64,000 nucleotides of DNA from contig CAZZAT010000001.1 in NCBI GenBank assembly GCA_964652615.1, positions 8,070 to 72,069 of the forward strand, read 5' to 3'. This stretch comes from an uncultured Candidatus Saccharibacteria bacterium. GTDB taxonomy: Bacteria; Patescibacteriota; Minisyncoccia; Phycocordibacterales; Phycocordibacteraceae. The translations under genes were made by a program, and so were the position numbers. Numbering within the stretch: the stretch's first letter is position 1; every line of letters begins with the position of its first letter. Below are positions 18,541-28,999 of this stretch, in pieces. The notes beneath the pieces are model-generated. The model made no database searches. It was not told the origin of the DNA and worked only from the letters and a program-made list of their open reading frames with translations.

Positions 18541-19515
18541 CTATACTACACCTGAAATTTCTTTTCTCAATTCCTCAAGCGAAGAGGTGTTCATAAGTCT
18601 TCCGCGGAGCTCTGCGGCACCCTCATACCCCTGCACGAAAGCCTTGAAGTGCTTTTTAAGAATATGGAAATGCTTCTTAGGGTAGAGTGCATCAAACTTT
18701 TCAGCTAAGAGAAGTAGGGAAGTCAGACGCTCCGAAGAAGAGAGTTCCTGCGGGGAACGCCCAGCAAATACCCACGGATTCCCAAAGATAGCGCGTCCAA
18801 GCATCATGCCGTCCCATCCTTGCTCAAAAGCAAGAGTGCGACCCTGCGCCGTTGAAAGTACATCGCCGTTGCCAAGCAGCTTCACTTCCCTGTTTTTATC
18901 TCGGCAAAACGAGACTACTTCAGCTCCAAGCTCAAAGTGTGCAGCGACTTTACTCATTTCTTTTCTGGTACGCATATGCACGGTAAGCGCTCTAATGCCC
19001 GTATCAAGAAGGTATGGCAGCCACTCTTGGTATTCAATTTTGTTGTATCCAAGGCGTGTCTTCACCGACACTGGAATCTTTCCTTCAACGCCTCGTATCG
19101 CAGCAGCAATAACCTCTTGCGCACGCCGCGGATCTTTTATGTGCGCTGCTCCTGCTCCCTGCTTCTCAATACTCTTATCCGGACACCCCATATTGATATC
19201 AACGCCGTCAAAACCTTTCTCGAGAGCATAGCGGGCGGCATATTCCATGCTTTCGGTATTGCTCGTAAAAAGCTGTGCGACTATGGGACGCTCCGCATTT
19301 GTATACAGCAAGTCGCGCACCAAGGGATTCTCCTCATCGCTCATACTTTTCTTTTCTCGGGTATGGAAAAGGCCGTCGGCCGATACGAACTCGGTCCAGG
19401 TAATATCCGGCTTTCCGTATGCTGCAATGACTTGCCGATACGCAGGGTCAGTTACATCCGCCATGGGCGCAAGAGCGAAGAAAGGCGCGGGCAGAGTGTC
19501 CCAGAATGATTTCAT
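18541..19515 (-). CDS. tRNA-dihydrouridine synthase
   Basis: LAPMADVTD near the N-terminus, plus a TIM-barrel Dus motif pattern with the catalytic Cys in INMGCP. Confidence 0.8.
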   Translation of the reverse strand: MKSFWDTLPAPFFALAPMADVTDPAYRQVIAAYGKPDITWTEFVSADGLFHTREKKSMSDEENPLVRDLLYTNAERPIVAQLFTSNTESMEYAARYALEKGFDGVDINMGCPDKSIEKQGAGAAHIKDPRRAQEVIAAAIRGVEGKIPVSVKTRLGYNKIEYQEWLPYLLDTGIRALTVHMRTRKEMSKVAAHFELGAEVVSFCRDKNREVKLLGNGDVLSTAQGRTLAFEQGWDGMMLGRAIFGNPWVFAGRSPQELSSSERLTSLLLLAEKFDALYPKKHFHILKKHFKAFVQGYEGAAELRGRLMNTSSLEELRKEISGVV

Positions 19516-19603
19516 TTCCTTACCTTAACAGAAGTTGACAAAGTCATATAATGTAGATATACTGTGGACAACGTCGGAATCAACCGATGAAGGAGAAAGA
19601 ACC

Positions 19604-19876
19604 ATGGCGACATGGGAAGAGCTTGATGATGGCGTGCCTGAATCGCATTGCATCAACAACGTCTCCGCGGACATGGTGCAGTTGTTCAAGACGGGATTTC
19701 CAGACCAGTTGGACCTTCATAAATACATCGAAGCTGGGTGGTGCGGCCACGTCGACACCATTCTGATGGGTCTCAAGGTCTACGAAAACGAGGAGTTGCG
19801 CAAGGATCTCCCCGAAGCGCAGCAAATCGCGATTTACGCCTGGAACCGTCTCTGCTTGGACGTCTGGTACTCATGA
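19604..19876 (+). CDS. Small hypothetical protein (90 aa)
   Basis: ATG at 19604 preceded by GAAGGAGAAAG; no motif recognised. Confidence 0.35.
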   Translation: MATWEELDDGVPESHCINNVSADMVQLFKTGFPDQLDLHKYIEAGWCGHVDTILMGLKVYENEELRKDLPEAQQIAIYAWNRLCLDVWYS

Positions 19877-19922
19877 CCGTAAGCGGCGCTGCAGGAAACT
19901 ATCCCTGCCGCGCCGCTTCTAT

Positions 19923-20828
19923 TTATTCCCTCCTCTTTATATACGCCTTCCCGCCAAAGCGCAGATCCACATACTCAATGGAGCCATCCATGAAATTAAG
20001 CTTCCCGAAGGTAGAGTCGGCAATATGCGCAGCCTCACTCTCCTTCCCTACGACATACGTAATGCGCGTATCGCCTGCAGAATACAAGTCAGCTTCATCG
20101 CCGCGAATAGCAACAGAGCGAAGCACAATGCCAAGAGAACCAATAGCGCGCGCAAACCGCAAGATATCTGGAAGCTTTGCAGCCCCCTCTACTTTTGCGC
20201 CAAGCGGATACGCGCGTGTTGATGAAGCAATATCAAGGGAAGCAAATACGTGCAAAAGCGATGCTTCTTCAAGTTCGTTCTCATATGCCGCAGGAGAGAA
20301 TACAAACCCTTCAGCGTCCGTCTCATAGCAAAGGCCGGAGTGAGCTCCTGCAACTTCTGGCGTACCGCACCAGACAAATGCCGCTTGGCGCGATGAGGCG
20401 GTAATAGAAAGTTCTGTGAAGCCAGTGCGCTGTATGGAAAGCGCTGAAATGCTTGGATAGGCATCGAGTATCGAGCGGCGCATCTCTTTCTCTGAATACA
20501 TAAAGAAGGAATTGCGCGGAAGAAGGTGGTAATAGGTGCCGGTAAGCGTTTCCGTCGCTAGTGCTGCAATGCCTGCAGGATCTGGCGTTTCTTCTGCAGT
20601 AATGCTTGTAATGCGCACTTCAGGGCGCCAAAAGCCATAAAGAAGAGCGAGCGCACACAACACAAAGAGTACGAGTACGAAGGTGTTTTTGGTACCGCGC
20701 GCTTCACGCCGCTTCTCCCGAAGCGTCTTACGGCGACGCGGCGCAGGAGTTTCTTTTGCCCTGCGCTTTGTGCGACGTGCCGGCGCTTCTTTCCTAGGCT
20801 GGACGTCGAATGACCTCTTTGCCGACAT
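19923..20828 (-). CDS. FtsQ/DivIB-like cell-division protein (putative)
   Basis: Basic N-terminal tail, a single TM, then a POTRA-like segment (ISALSIQRTGFTELSITASS). Confidence 0.45.
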   Translation of the reverse strand: MSAKRSFDVQPRKEAPARRTKRRAKETPAPRRRKTLREKRREARGTKNTFVLVLFVLCALALLYGFWRPEVRITSITAEETPDPAGIAALATETLTGTYYHLLPRNSFFMYSEKEMRRSILDAYPSISALSIQRTGFTELSITASSRQAAFVWCGTPEVAGAHSGLCYETDAEGFVFSPAAYENELEEASLLHVFASLDIASSTRAYPLGAKVEGAAKLPDILRFARAIGSLGIVLRSVAIRGDEADLYSAGDTRITYVVGKESEAAHIADSTFGKLNFMDGSIEYVDLRFGGKAYIKRRE

Positions 20829-22062
20829 ACGGTACGAGTGCGTCAGGAACCTTTATGGAGCCGTCTTCCTGCTGATAATTCTCTACGATGGAGACGAGGA
20901 TGCGTGGAGTAGGTATTGCCGTTGAGTTCAAAGAGTGCACAAAACGCATCTCGCCATCAGCATCGCGGTAGCGGGTGTTAAGCCTTCTTGTTTGGAAGTC
21001 ATGGAAGTAGGATGCTGAACTTATTTCCCGATAGGTATTCTCTCCTGGCACCCACAGCTCAACGTCGTACTTTTTCACTTGGCCAAGACCGAGATCGCCG
21101 CCGCAGTTAAGCACGGTGTGGTACGGAATATTGAGAGACTCAATGAACTCTTCCGTGTTGCGGTTCAGCCATTCGTGCCACTTCACACTTTCTTCGTGAG
21201 AGGCTTCGCAGAGGATGACTTGCTCCCATTTATAGAACTCATGCACGCGAATTAACCCGCGCACATCCTTGCCATGCGCTCCTGCTTCGCGCCTAAAGCA
21301 TGGCGAGAACGCAAGGAACTTCTTCGGAAGTTCTTCTTTGGGAAGCACCTCGTCCATGTGGTAGCCCATGGTTGCAACCTCTCCGGTTCCTGCAAGATAT
21401 TCCCCATCCTGCGTTTTATACAAATCCTCTTCAGACTGCGGCAGAAAACCAGTACCCATAAATGACTCGCGGCGAACCAAGGACGGCACAATCATCGGTA
21501 CAAAGTCTTTCTTCAAGAAAAACTCCTGTGCATAGCGCCAAATAGCAAAGGAGAGAAGCGCCCCGTCGCCTTTGAGGTAGTAGCCGCGAAAGCCTGCGGT
21601 CTTTGAACCGCGCTCAAAGTCAGCCATATCAAGCTCGGTCATAAGCGTCACATGATCTTTGGGCGCAAAGGAAAACTGCGGAATATCTCCCCATTTCTTC
21701 ACTTCCTGATTATCCGCATCGCTCTCCCCTTCAGGTACGGTCATATCCGGAATGTTTGGCACCATGAGCATGAGCTGCTGCCACTCCTCCATCACAACCT
21801 TGAAGCGCTCCTCGGCATCTGTCATACCCTTTTTAAGGTGCTGCATGGCTTCAATCATCTGCTCGCGCTCTTCGCCTTTGGCAAGCGCAATGCGCTTTGA
21901 AGCGAGATTCTGTTCTGCACGCTTCTCTTCAAGCTCTTTCCCGAGCGTACGACGCTCTTCATCAACCTTTAAAAGACGGTCTATATCGACCTCGATGCGC
22001 TTCTTGCGCGCACCCTCCTTTATAAGGTCAGCGTTCTCGCGGATGAACTTAATATCAAGCAT
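20794..22062 (-). CDS. serS: Serine--tRNA ligase
   Basis: N-terminal coiled-coil arm and class II core motifs (FRREAGAHGKDVRGLIRVHEF, GGDLGLG). Start placed at MLDIKFIRE (22062); the track ORF includes 79 aa of upstream read-through. Confidence 0.85.
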   Translation of the reverse strand: MLDIKFIRENADLIKEGARKKRIEVDIDRLLKVDEERRTLGKELEEKRAEQNLASKRIALAKGEEREQMIEAMQHLKKGMTDAEERFKVVMEEWQQLMLMVPNIPDMTVPEGESDADNQEVKKWGDIPQFSFAPKDHVTLMTELDMADFERGSKTAGFRGYYLKGDGALLSFAIWRYAQEFFLKKDFVPMIVPSLVRRESFMGTGFLPQSEEDLYKTQDGEYLAGTGEVATMGYHMDEVLPKEELPKKFLAFSPCFRREAGAHGKDVRGLIRVHEFYKWEQVILCEASHEESVKWHEWLNRNTEEFIESLNIPYHTVLNCGGDLGLGQVKKYDVELWVPGENTYREISSASYFHDFQTRRLNTRYRDADGEMRFVHSLNSTAIPTPRILVSIVENYQQEDGSIKVPDALVPYVGKEVIRRPA

Positions 22063-22137
22063 AGTGTCTTCGATTGTACGGCATAGCGCGCCTTCCCGAA
22101 AGGCGTCTGCGTGGTATAGTCCGCGAGGACTAAGGAG

Positions 22138-22413
22138 GTGTTCATGGAAAGCGCACGCTTGACTGCTAACCCGTCTGTCCCGACGCAAGCGGACTTCGAA
22201 ACTCTCTCGAGAGAGGCAAACCAGCGGTTTTCTGAAATGAATGAAGAAGACCAGATGCTCTCCCTGCTTCGCATGCGACTCGGCTATGCGGCCGGCCAAA
22301 GCCTCGACAAGGAAGGCGCCTACAAGCGTCTTATCGCGAAGGACTTCGGGCCTAAGTTTGCCGAACGGGTGCTTAGCGATCCTGTCTGCCGGCGCAAGCT
22401 CGGCTTAGCATAA
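22138..22413 (+). CDS. Small hypothetical protein (91 aa)
   Basis: ORF only. Confidence 0.3.
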   Translation: MFMESARLTANPSVPTQADFETLSREANQRFSEMNEEDQMLSLLRMRLGYAAGQSLDKEGAYKRLIAKDFGPKFAERVLSDPVCRRKLGLA

Positions 22414-22471
22414 ACAGAAGGCGCGGAACAGCAGTTTCCGCGCCTTTTCATTTTGATGCATACTTACGGCC

Positions 22472-23128
22472 ATGAATATCCGTGAACTTGCTAGAGACGC
22501 GTTCCCTCCGGAGCTTCTTGAGATACCCGAGCCTCCAGAGCGTCTCTACGCGCGCGGCGCATGGCCAAAGGAAGAAACGAAATATCTTGCCGTGGTTGGT
22601 TCGCGTGCCCTTACGCCGTATGGCCGTTTCGCATGCGAGCACCTCATTACAGGCCTCAAGGGGTATCCTGTCTCCATCGTTTCAGGACTTGCGCTTGGCG
22701 CTGATGCCTGCGCGCATCAAGCTGCATTAGACGCAGGGCTCCATACTATTGCTGTGCTTGGTTCAGGCTGTGATGATGCGTCCATATACCCGAGAGCACA
22801 TGCAGGACTTGCAAAAGACATCTTGAAAAGTGGCGGCCTTATTCTTTCGGAACAGCCTGCGGGGTATAAGGCGCAACCGTATGATTTCCCAAAGCGAAAT
22901 CGCATCGTCGTGGGACTCTCGCATGCAGTCCTTGTCATTGAGGCGGGAGAAAAGTCTGGAACCCTTATCACCGCTCGTCTTGCAAGCGAATATAATCGAG
23001 ATTTATTGTGCGTCCCGCATCGCATAGGAGACCCGAACAGTATCGGATCGCATCTCTTTCTACGGCTCGGCGCAGCGCACATTGCAGCCCCGGAGCATAT
23101 TCTTGAGGTTCTTGGTTTGCAAAAATAA
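22472..23128 (+). CDS. dprA: DNA processing protein DprA/Smf
   Basis: Rossmann-like LAVVGSRALTPYGRF...IVSGLALGADACAHQAAL...TIAVLGSG, which is the DprA signature. Confidence 0.75.
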   Translation: MNIRELARDAFPPELLEIPEPPERLYARGAWPKEETKYLAVVGSRALTPYGRFACEHLITGLKGYPVSIVSGLALGADACAHQAALDAGLHTIAVLGSGCDDASIYPRAHAGLAKDILKSGGLILSEQPAGYKAQPYDFPKRNRIVVGLSHAVLVIEAGEKSGTLITARLASEYNRDLLCVPHRIGDPNSIGSHLFLRLGAAHIAAPEHILEVLGLQK

Positions 23129-23276
23129 AAGGCTGCGCTTTCACGCAGCCTTTATCGTGCTCTAGTGCGGCGGTGGGAAAAACACTGCCGACACAAACAA
23201 TGCAGTGCAGACCGAACCAACGAGAAGCACTGCTAGCAACATATCGAACCTTTTGGTCCACCTACTCTTGAGCATT

Positions 23277-23792
23277 TTATCCTCCAAAGAGATACACTGC
23301 AGAGTTGTAACCCCAGTATATCATTATTGCGATTCCTATATAACCAAATAAGAATCGACTTGCTGTTTTGACATTCCTAAAGCCAATCACCTCTTCATCG
23401 CTGAATAAGGGTACACGGATCTTGCTCTCGGCAGCGCCAATATCTGAATAGCGCTCGAGAGTGGCCAATTTTACGTCATAGAGACGAATCCATTGCTCAG
23501 CCCTCCTACTTGCAACAAGTAAGCCAAAATGAACTAGGAGACCAATTATGCTGATTGCTGTCTTTAAGGACAGTGGGACTTCTTCAGCATAAAGTAGAGG
23601 AACTCCAATAATATTGAATCCAAGAAACATTTGTACTTTCTGCCATTGCATCAACATATACGTATTTCGCATTGTGACGATGGCAGCATATACGTTTGGC
23701 TCTCCATTTTGCATGGTGTGCCCTTTCTCTGTTATTCCGAAGAGGTTATACCACGGTATCCAGAAACGTACATATTTTAAAAGCCCCCGCAT
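23277..23792 (-). CDS. Integral membrane hypothetical protein (171 aa)
   Basis: Four hydrophobic segments. Confidence 0.4.
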   Translation of the reverse strand: MRGLLKYVRFWIPWYNLFGITEKGHTMQNGEPNVYAAIVTMRNTYMLMQWQKVQMFLGFNIIGVPLLYAEEVPLSLKTAISIIGLLVHFGLLVASRRAEQWIRLYDVKLATLERYSDIGAAESKIRVPLFSDEEVIGFRNVKTASRFLFGYIGIAIMIYWGYNSAVYLFGG

Positions 23793-23809
23793 TTCGCGGG
23801 GGCTTTACC

Positions 23810-24082
23810 TTACGCACCAACACGCTGGCCGAGTACCAACGCTTCGAGCTCGGCAAGGCGTTCGCGCCAGTACTGCTCGTAGTTATCGTGTTTTGGCTTG
23901 GTGTCTTGCCCGAAACCAAGCCTTTTGGCGGCGCTTTGAATTGAGCTCACCAGATCTTCGTGGCGCTCCTCGACAGCGATACCGCCGAGCATGAATTTCA
24001 CTAAGACCGAGAAGGTCCGGGTGTCGCTCGCAGCCGTAAACGCATCGATAAGAAGCACTGCGTTTGTCTTTTTCTCGTTCAT
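23810..24082 (-). CDS. Small hypothetical protein (90 aa)
   Basis: ORF only; divergent from the next small gene across an AT-rich promoter region. Confidence 0.35.
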   Translation of the reverse strand: MNEKKTNAVLLIDAFTAASDTRTFSVLVKFMLGGIAVEERHEDLVSSIQSAAKRLGFGQDTKPKHDNYEQYWRERLAELEALVLGQRVGA

Positions 24083-24231
24083 GGCACGTTCCTTATATAA
24101 GCAACTTCCGTATACGTTGTACCATGTACGCGCTCTAGCGAAATAACTTGACGTGATATATATTATATGGTATATAAACGGCAGGGTTTTGGTTTCTTCC
24201 CTTTCAAAGAGACTGGTACATGGAGGCCATT

Positions 24232-24537
24232 ATGGCCCGCGCTTATACGCTCGTTGACCGGCATCGACTTAACTATGGCCCAGATACGAAAACGCTCGTT
24301 CGCAGTATTGAACTTGGTCATTGCCCGAATGGAGTGATTCAATTTCAAACGAGAGGCCGCAACTTTGCTGTCTATGTCGACCGGCTCGAGCGAGGAAAGC
24401 AAGAAGACGACTGGATTATCAGGGGCTCCATGGTCGAAGCTCAAGGCTTCGATGCGGTTCCTGACGTACAGTTCAGAGCTCGGTGGAATACGGAGACCTT
24501 CACCGGCTCCATCGGGATCTACCAGCGTAAAACCTAG
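24232..24537 (+). CDS. Small hypothetical protein (~101 aa)
   Basis: Upstream TTGACG-17nt-TATATA promoter-like sequence at ~24160-24195; GGAGG SD before the ATG at 24232; hairpin-plus-T terminator at 24555-24590. Confidence 0.35.
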   Translation: MARAYTLVDRHRLNYGPDTKTLVRSIELGHCPNGVIQFQTRGRNFAVYVDRLERGKQEDDWIIRGSMVEAQGFDAVPDVQFRARWNTETFTGSIGIYQRKT

Positions 24538-24639
24538 AAAACCACACTAAGAAGAGCGCGCTGAAATGGCGCGCTCTTTGTTATTTTCATGAAGTGCGAA
24601 TTTGACAATATATAAGGTATCGCGTTATCAGTAGCGGTA

Positions 24640-27009
24640 ATGAGCAAAACGCTTGTTATCGTAGAGTCTCCTGCAAAAGCGCGCACCATAGGCGGATATC
24701 TTGGTGCTTCCTATGAAGTGCTCGCATCTGTCGGGCACGTACGCGACTTGCCGAAAACCAATAAAGACGCTGTTGATATCGACGGCGGCTTCGTGCCCCG
24801 CTACGTTATTTCTCCCGAAAAGCGCGACGTCATTTCGAAGATTACGAAGGCAGCCACAAAAGCTGATGAGGTACTTCTTGCAACTGACCCTGACCGCGAG
24901 GGCGAAGCTATTGCATGGCATATACAAGAAGCGGTAGGCCTTAAAAAGCCTAAGCGCGTGGTCTTTCATGAGATTACTAAGGACGCGATACAAGAAGCGA
25001 TTAAACACCCGCGCGCGATAGACCAGAATCTCCGCTATGCCCAGGAAGCGCGACGCGTCCTCGACCGCCTTGTAGGCTACGATCTCTCCGGCCTTATCTG
25101 GAAGAAAGTACGCTACGGCCTCTCTGCAGGACGCGTGCAGTCTCCCGCCCTTCGCATACTCGCCGAACGCGAGCGCGAGATACAGGCATTTATTCCAGAA
25201 ACGTATTTCGTCCTTTCAGGAGAATTTAAAGCAAAGAACGGCTCCTTCACTGGAGTATGCGCCGAAGAACCAAAAACAAAAGAAGAAGCAGAACGCATTC
25301 TTACGCTTGGAAAGAAGGCTGCTTGGAGTGTGGGAAGTGTCGTAGAAAAGGCAGAGGAGCGCAGTCCCCGTCCTCCCTTTACAACCTCCACGCTCCAGCA
25401 AACCGCATCGACACGTCTTGGCTTTGCTCCCTCGAGAACCATGCGTGCGGCGCAAAAACTCTATGAAGCAGGACATATCACCTACATGCGCACTGACTCG
25501 GTGAATCTTGCAAAAGAAGCTGTAGCAAAGCTTTGTGCTGCAGCTGAAAAAGACTTTGGGAAAGACTACGTGCAGGCACGCACCTACACGACAAAGTCAA
25601 AGAATGCGCAGGAAGCGCATGAAGCGGTGCGTCCCACAGAGCCTTCGAAGGTAAAGGCAGGCGCAACGGGTGATGAACAAGCTCTCTATGAACTTATCCG
25701 CATACGCGCTATCGCCTCACAAATGGCTTCTGCAAAGATGCTCCGCACAAAAGTAGAAGCAAAAGCTGATGCTGCGATTCCCCCATTTACCGCAAACGGT
25801 TCTCGCGTCCTCTTCCCCGGCTGGCTTGCGCTTGATACGCGTGCGCGAGGAGAAGATGTCGAGCTGCCGAAAGTAGTGGACGGTGAAGCGCTCTCACTCC
25901 TTTCACTTCAAAGTGAAGAAAAGCAGACAGCGCCGCCAAACCGCTATACCGAAGCAGGCCTCATCAAAGAACTTGAGAAGCGCGGTATTGGCCGTCCTTC
26001 TACCTACGCTTCCATCATGAAGACTATCCAAGACCGCGGGTATGTGGATAAGGAAGGACGGACCCTAAAACCAACTGCTACCGGCATGGTGGTGTCCGGT
26101 TGGCTTGAAGAGCATTTTGCAGACTACATCAGCGACTCCTTTACCGCAGAAATGGAAGATGAACTTGATGAGATAGCGCGCGGCGAGCGTGAGTATGTAA
26201 AAACTCTTAAGGAGTTCTATACGCCCTTTAAGAGTGCTGTGGATTCAAAAGCAGACCTTCCAAAAGCAACGGCGCTTGGGAAAGTGCCAAAAGAATTCAC
26301 CTGTCCAAAGTGCGAAAGTGAGATGGAATTCAAACTTGGCCGCGGCGGTGTCTTCATGAGCTGCACCCGCTATCCTGACTGCGATGGCGCACGCCAAGAA
26401 GACGGGCACGAACTGAAAGCAGACGAACCGCTTGGCATGCATCCTGATACCAAACTCCCCATATTCATACGCACCGGACGCTTTGGCCCGTATGTAGAAA
26501 TGCCTGAACCTGTACAAGAAGAAGCAGAGCCGAAAAAGAAAGCAACGAAGAAGCGTGCAAAGAAGCCTGCTTTTTCTGGAAAGCGCGCGTCCATACCTGC
26601 CGGAAAGAATGTGTCTGACGTAACGCTTGAAGACGCGGTGAAGTACCTCTCACTTCCTCGCGAACTTGGTGTACATCCAAAGACCGGCGAGATGATAGTT
26701 GCAAACACCGGACGATTCGGTCCGTATGTCGCTCACAACGGCGAGTTCCGCTCTATTAAAAAAGGAGGCGACCCCTATACGATTACGCTTGCAGAAGCAG
26801 TTGTGCTTGTCGATACGCCAAAGCAACCTCCTAAAGGTGCTGTTGTTGCGAAAGAACTCGGAAAGCATCCAAAGACCGGCAAGGCGCTTACGCTGTATAA
26901 ATCAAAACAGGGACTCTTTCTGAAGAAGGGGCTTCGACGCATCTACCTTCCTGATTCTGTTGATGCAGATACAATGACTGCAGAAGAAGCTGCAGGATAC
27001 CTTATATAA
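24640..27009 (+). CDS. topA: DNA topoisomerase I
   Basis: TOPRIM LVIVESPAKARTIGGYLG, then GHVRDLP, with C-terminal Zn-ribbon repeats (CPKCESEMEFKLGRGGVFMSCTRYPDC). Confidence 0.9.
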   Translation: MSKTLVIVESPAKARTIGGYLGASYEVLASVGHVRDLPKTNKDAVDIDGGFVPRYVISPEKRDVISKITKAATKADEVLLATDPDREGEAIAWHIQEAVGLKKPKRVVFHEITKDAIQEAIKHPRAIDQNLRYAQEARRVLDRLVGYDLSGLIWKKVRYGLSAGRVQSPALRILAEREREIQAFIPETYFVLSGEFKAKNGSFTGVCAEEPKTKEEAERILTLGKKAAWSVGSVVEKAEERSPRPPFTTSTLQQTASTRLGFAPSRTMRAAQKLYEAGHITYMRTDSVNLAKEAVAKLCAAAEKDFGKDYVQARTYTTKSKNAQEAHEAVRPTEPSKVKAGATGDEQALYELIRIRAIASQMASAKMLRTKVEAKADAAIPPFTANGSRVLFPGWLALDTRARGEDVELPKVVDGEALSLLSLQSEEKQTAPPNRYTEAGLIKELEKRGIGRPSTYASIMKTIQDRGYVDKEGRTLKPTATGMVVSGWLEEHFADYISDSFTAEMEDELDEIARGEREYVKTLKEFYTPFKSAVDSKADLPKATALGKVPKEFTCPKCESEMEFKLGRGGVFMSCTRYPDCDGARQEDGHELKADEPLGMHPDTKLPIFIRTGRFGPYVEMPEPVQEEAEPKKKATKKRAKKPAFSGKRASIPAGKNVSDVTLEDAVKYLSLPRELGVHPKTGEMIVANTGRFGPYVAHNGEFRSIKKGGDPYTITLAEAVVLVDTPKQPPKGAVVAKELGKHPKTGKALTLYKSKQGLFLKKGLRRIYLPDSVDADTMTAEEAAGYLI

Positions 27010-27049
27010 GTAAAAGCGCCGCTGTCCTGTTGACAACGGCGCTTTGCTT

Positions 27050-27328
27050 TCACGCAGCGCGCAGTTCGAAATCTGGAACGAATCTGCGGACCTCGTCGAT
27101 CGACAGTTCTCGCACCCCTTCTTGCGAAATCAGATCGTAGTCACGATCCGCTTCCACGGTACGGCGCATGAGACCACCGTTTTGTCCGCGCGGCTGTGCG
27201 CACACTTCTTGAAAGTTCGTGCAGTCTTTGATTGCTTCGGGTTCTCTCGGTTTGGGAACCGTTTTGAGCTCGGATGCTCGCGGAGCGCAGGAGCGCGCCA
27301 CATCTTTACCACACAACTCACAGAACAT
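27050..27328 (-). CDS. Small zinc-ribbon protein (92 aa)
   Basis: MFCELCGK...C...KDCTNFQEVC gives a two-CxxC/Cx6C arrangement. GGAGG lies 8 nt upstream of the ATG at 27328. It sits between topA and relA on the opposite strand. Confidence 0.45.
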   Translation of the reverse strand: MFCELCGKDVARSCAPRASELKTVPKPREPEAIKDCTNFQEVCAQPRGQNGGLMRRTVEADRDYDLISQEGVRELSIDEVRRFVPDFELRAA

Positions 27329-27409
27329 CGGGATTCCTCCGTTTTGCAGTATTTCCCAGCGCGAACTATACTCATCATAATGACGACGGTCAAGGAGGTT
27401 ATCAACGCC

Positions 27410-28999
27410 ATGAAGCACCCTACCCCTGAAGGGATAGCGCTTGTTGAGAAGGCCTATGCGTTTGCAAAAGAAGCGCACAAGAACCATACGCGGTATTCGG
27501 GCGAACCATACTTCATACACCCTGCAGCAGCTGCAAAAATACTGGCAGAGCTTGGCATGGACGCGCCAACGATTGCTGCAGGACTGCTTCATGATGCCAT
27601 TGAAGATACCGATACAACCGAAGAGGCAGTAAAGGAGGCCTTTGGCGCTGAAGTCCTATTTCTCGTCGAGGGCGTGACAAAGCTCGGGAAGCACAAGTAT
27701 CACGGCGCTGAACGCCATGCAGAGAGCTTGCGCCGCCTCTTGGTTGCAACCTCCTCTGATGTGCGCGTCCTCATCATCAAGCTCGCTGACCGCTACCACA
27801 ACATGACGACCATTGAGCACGTGCCTTCCGAAAAGCGCCGCCGTATCGCACTTGAAACGCTTGAGATATACGCGCCTTTGGCAGACCGCCTTGGTATGGG
27901 ACGCATGAAGAAAGACCTTGAAGATCTTGCCTTTCCTGCAGTTGATCCAGACGCCTATTCGCACGCTGTTGAAGTGCGAAAGCTAAAGACAAAAGAAACG
28001 GAGGAAGGACTTAAAAAGGTGCAGCGAGAACTTCAGAAAGAACTTGCAAAGAAGGGGCTGCGCGACTTCCAGACCTCGATACGCATGAAAGGATACTGGA
28101 GCCTTCACCAGAAGCTGCGGCGCAAGGGAGATGATATCGATGCAATACACGATATTGCTGCACTTCGCGTTATCGTAAAATCCATTGACGACTGCTATAC
28201 GGTGCTTGGCGTTATTCACGCGAAGTTTCGACCCTTACCTGGCGAGTTCAAGGACTATATCGCCTTCCCAAAGCCAAACGGCTACCAGTCACTGCATACC
28301 ACCGTGCTTTCCGAAGAAGCAGGCGTGGTTGAAATGCAGGTGCGCACCGAGGAGATGCATCGGCGCGCACAGTTTGGTATCGCCTCACACATGTCGTATA
28401 AGCAGATAGGGCATAAGGTTGCTGCGCGCGGCAAAGACGAGCAGAGAAATGCATTTGAGATGCTCTCTCTTTCATGGATACGAGATCTCGTACCTACCCT
28501 GCTTAATTTCACCAAACCAGCAGCCGCTGAAAAACAATTGTCTCCAAAACAAAAGAAACAAAAGGTTGATACGGCGCCGCGCTGGCTCGCCGAGCTTGCA
28601 GATGTACACACCTCAATGACCGAGTCCTCTGAATTTGTAGAACGCTTGAAAGAGGATTTCTTCTCACATCGCGTCTTCGTGTTTACGCCAAAGGGCGATG
28701 TTATTGACCTCCCTATTCATTCAACACCTATAGACTTCGCGTATGCGATACACAGCGACCTTGGAAACCGTATGCAGGGCGTGAAGGTGAATAAGAAGAT
28801 GGTTGCCTTTGATACGCCGCTTCGAAACGGCGACATTGTTGAAATCATGACGCGAGATGCTGCTCGCCCTACCCAAAAATGGCTTGACATGGCAAAGACC
28901 ACTATGGCGCGAAGGCACATCCGCGCAGCACTTGATGTTGCTGCCGTTGTTCCGGCAAAAGCTGATAGCCGAAAGACGCGTAAGAAGAAGGCTAAGTAG
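27410..28999 (+). CDS. Bifunctional (p)ppGpp synthetase/hydrolase RelA/SpoT
   Basis: HD domain HPAAAAKILAELGMD...LLHDAIEDT, synthetase domain, and TGS/ACT C-terminus. Start at MKHPTPEG with AAGGAGG at -11; the track ORF adds 122 aa of read-through. Confidence 0.85.
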   Translation: MKHPTPEGIALVEKAYAFAKEAHKNHTRYSGEPYFIHPAAAAKILAELGMDAPTIAAGLLHDAIEDTDTTEEAVKEAFGAEVLFLVEGVTKLGKHKYHGAERHAESLRRLLVATSSDVRVLIIKLADRYHNMTTIEHVPSEKRRRIALETLEIYAPLADRLGMGRMKKDLEDLAFPAVDPDAYSHAVEVRKLKTKETEEGLKKVQRELQKELAKKGLRDFQTSIRMKGYWSLHQKLRRKGDDIDAIHDIAALRVIVKSIDDCYTVLGVIHAKFRPLPGEFKDYIAFPKPNGYQSLHTTVLSEEAGVVEMQVRTEEMHRRAQFGIASHMSYKQIGHKVAARGKDEQRNAFEMLSLSWIRDLVPTLLNFTKPAAAEKQLSPKQKKQKVDTAPRWLAELADVHTSMTESSEFVERLKEDFFSHRVFVFTPKGDVIDLPIHSTPIDFAYAIHSDLGNRMQGVKVNKKMVAFDTPLRNGDIVEIMTRDAARPTQKWLDMAKTTMARRHIRAALDVAAVVPAKADSRKTRKKKAK

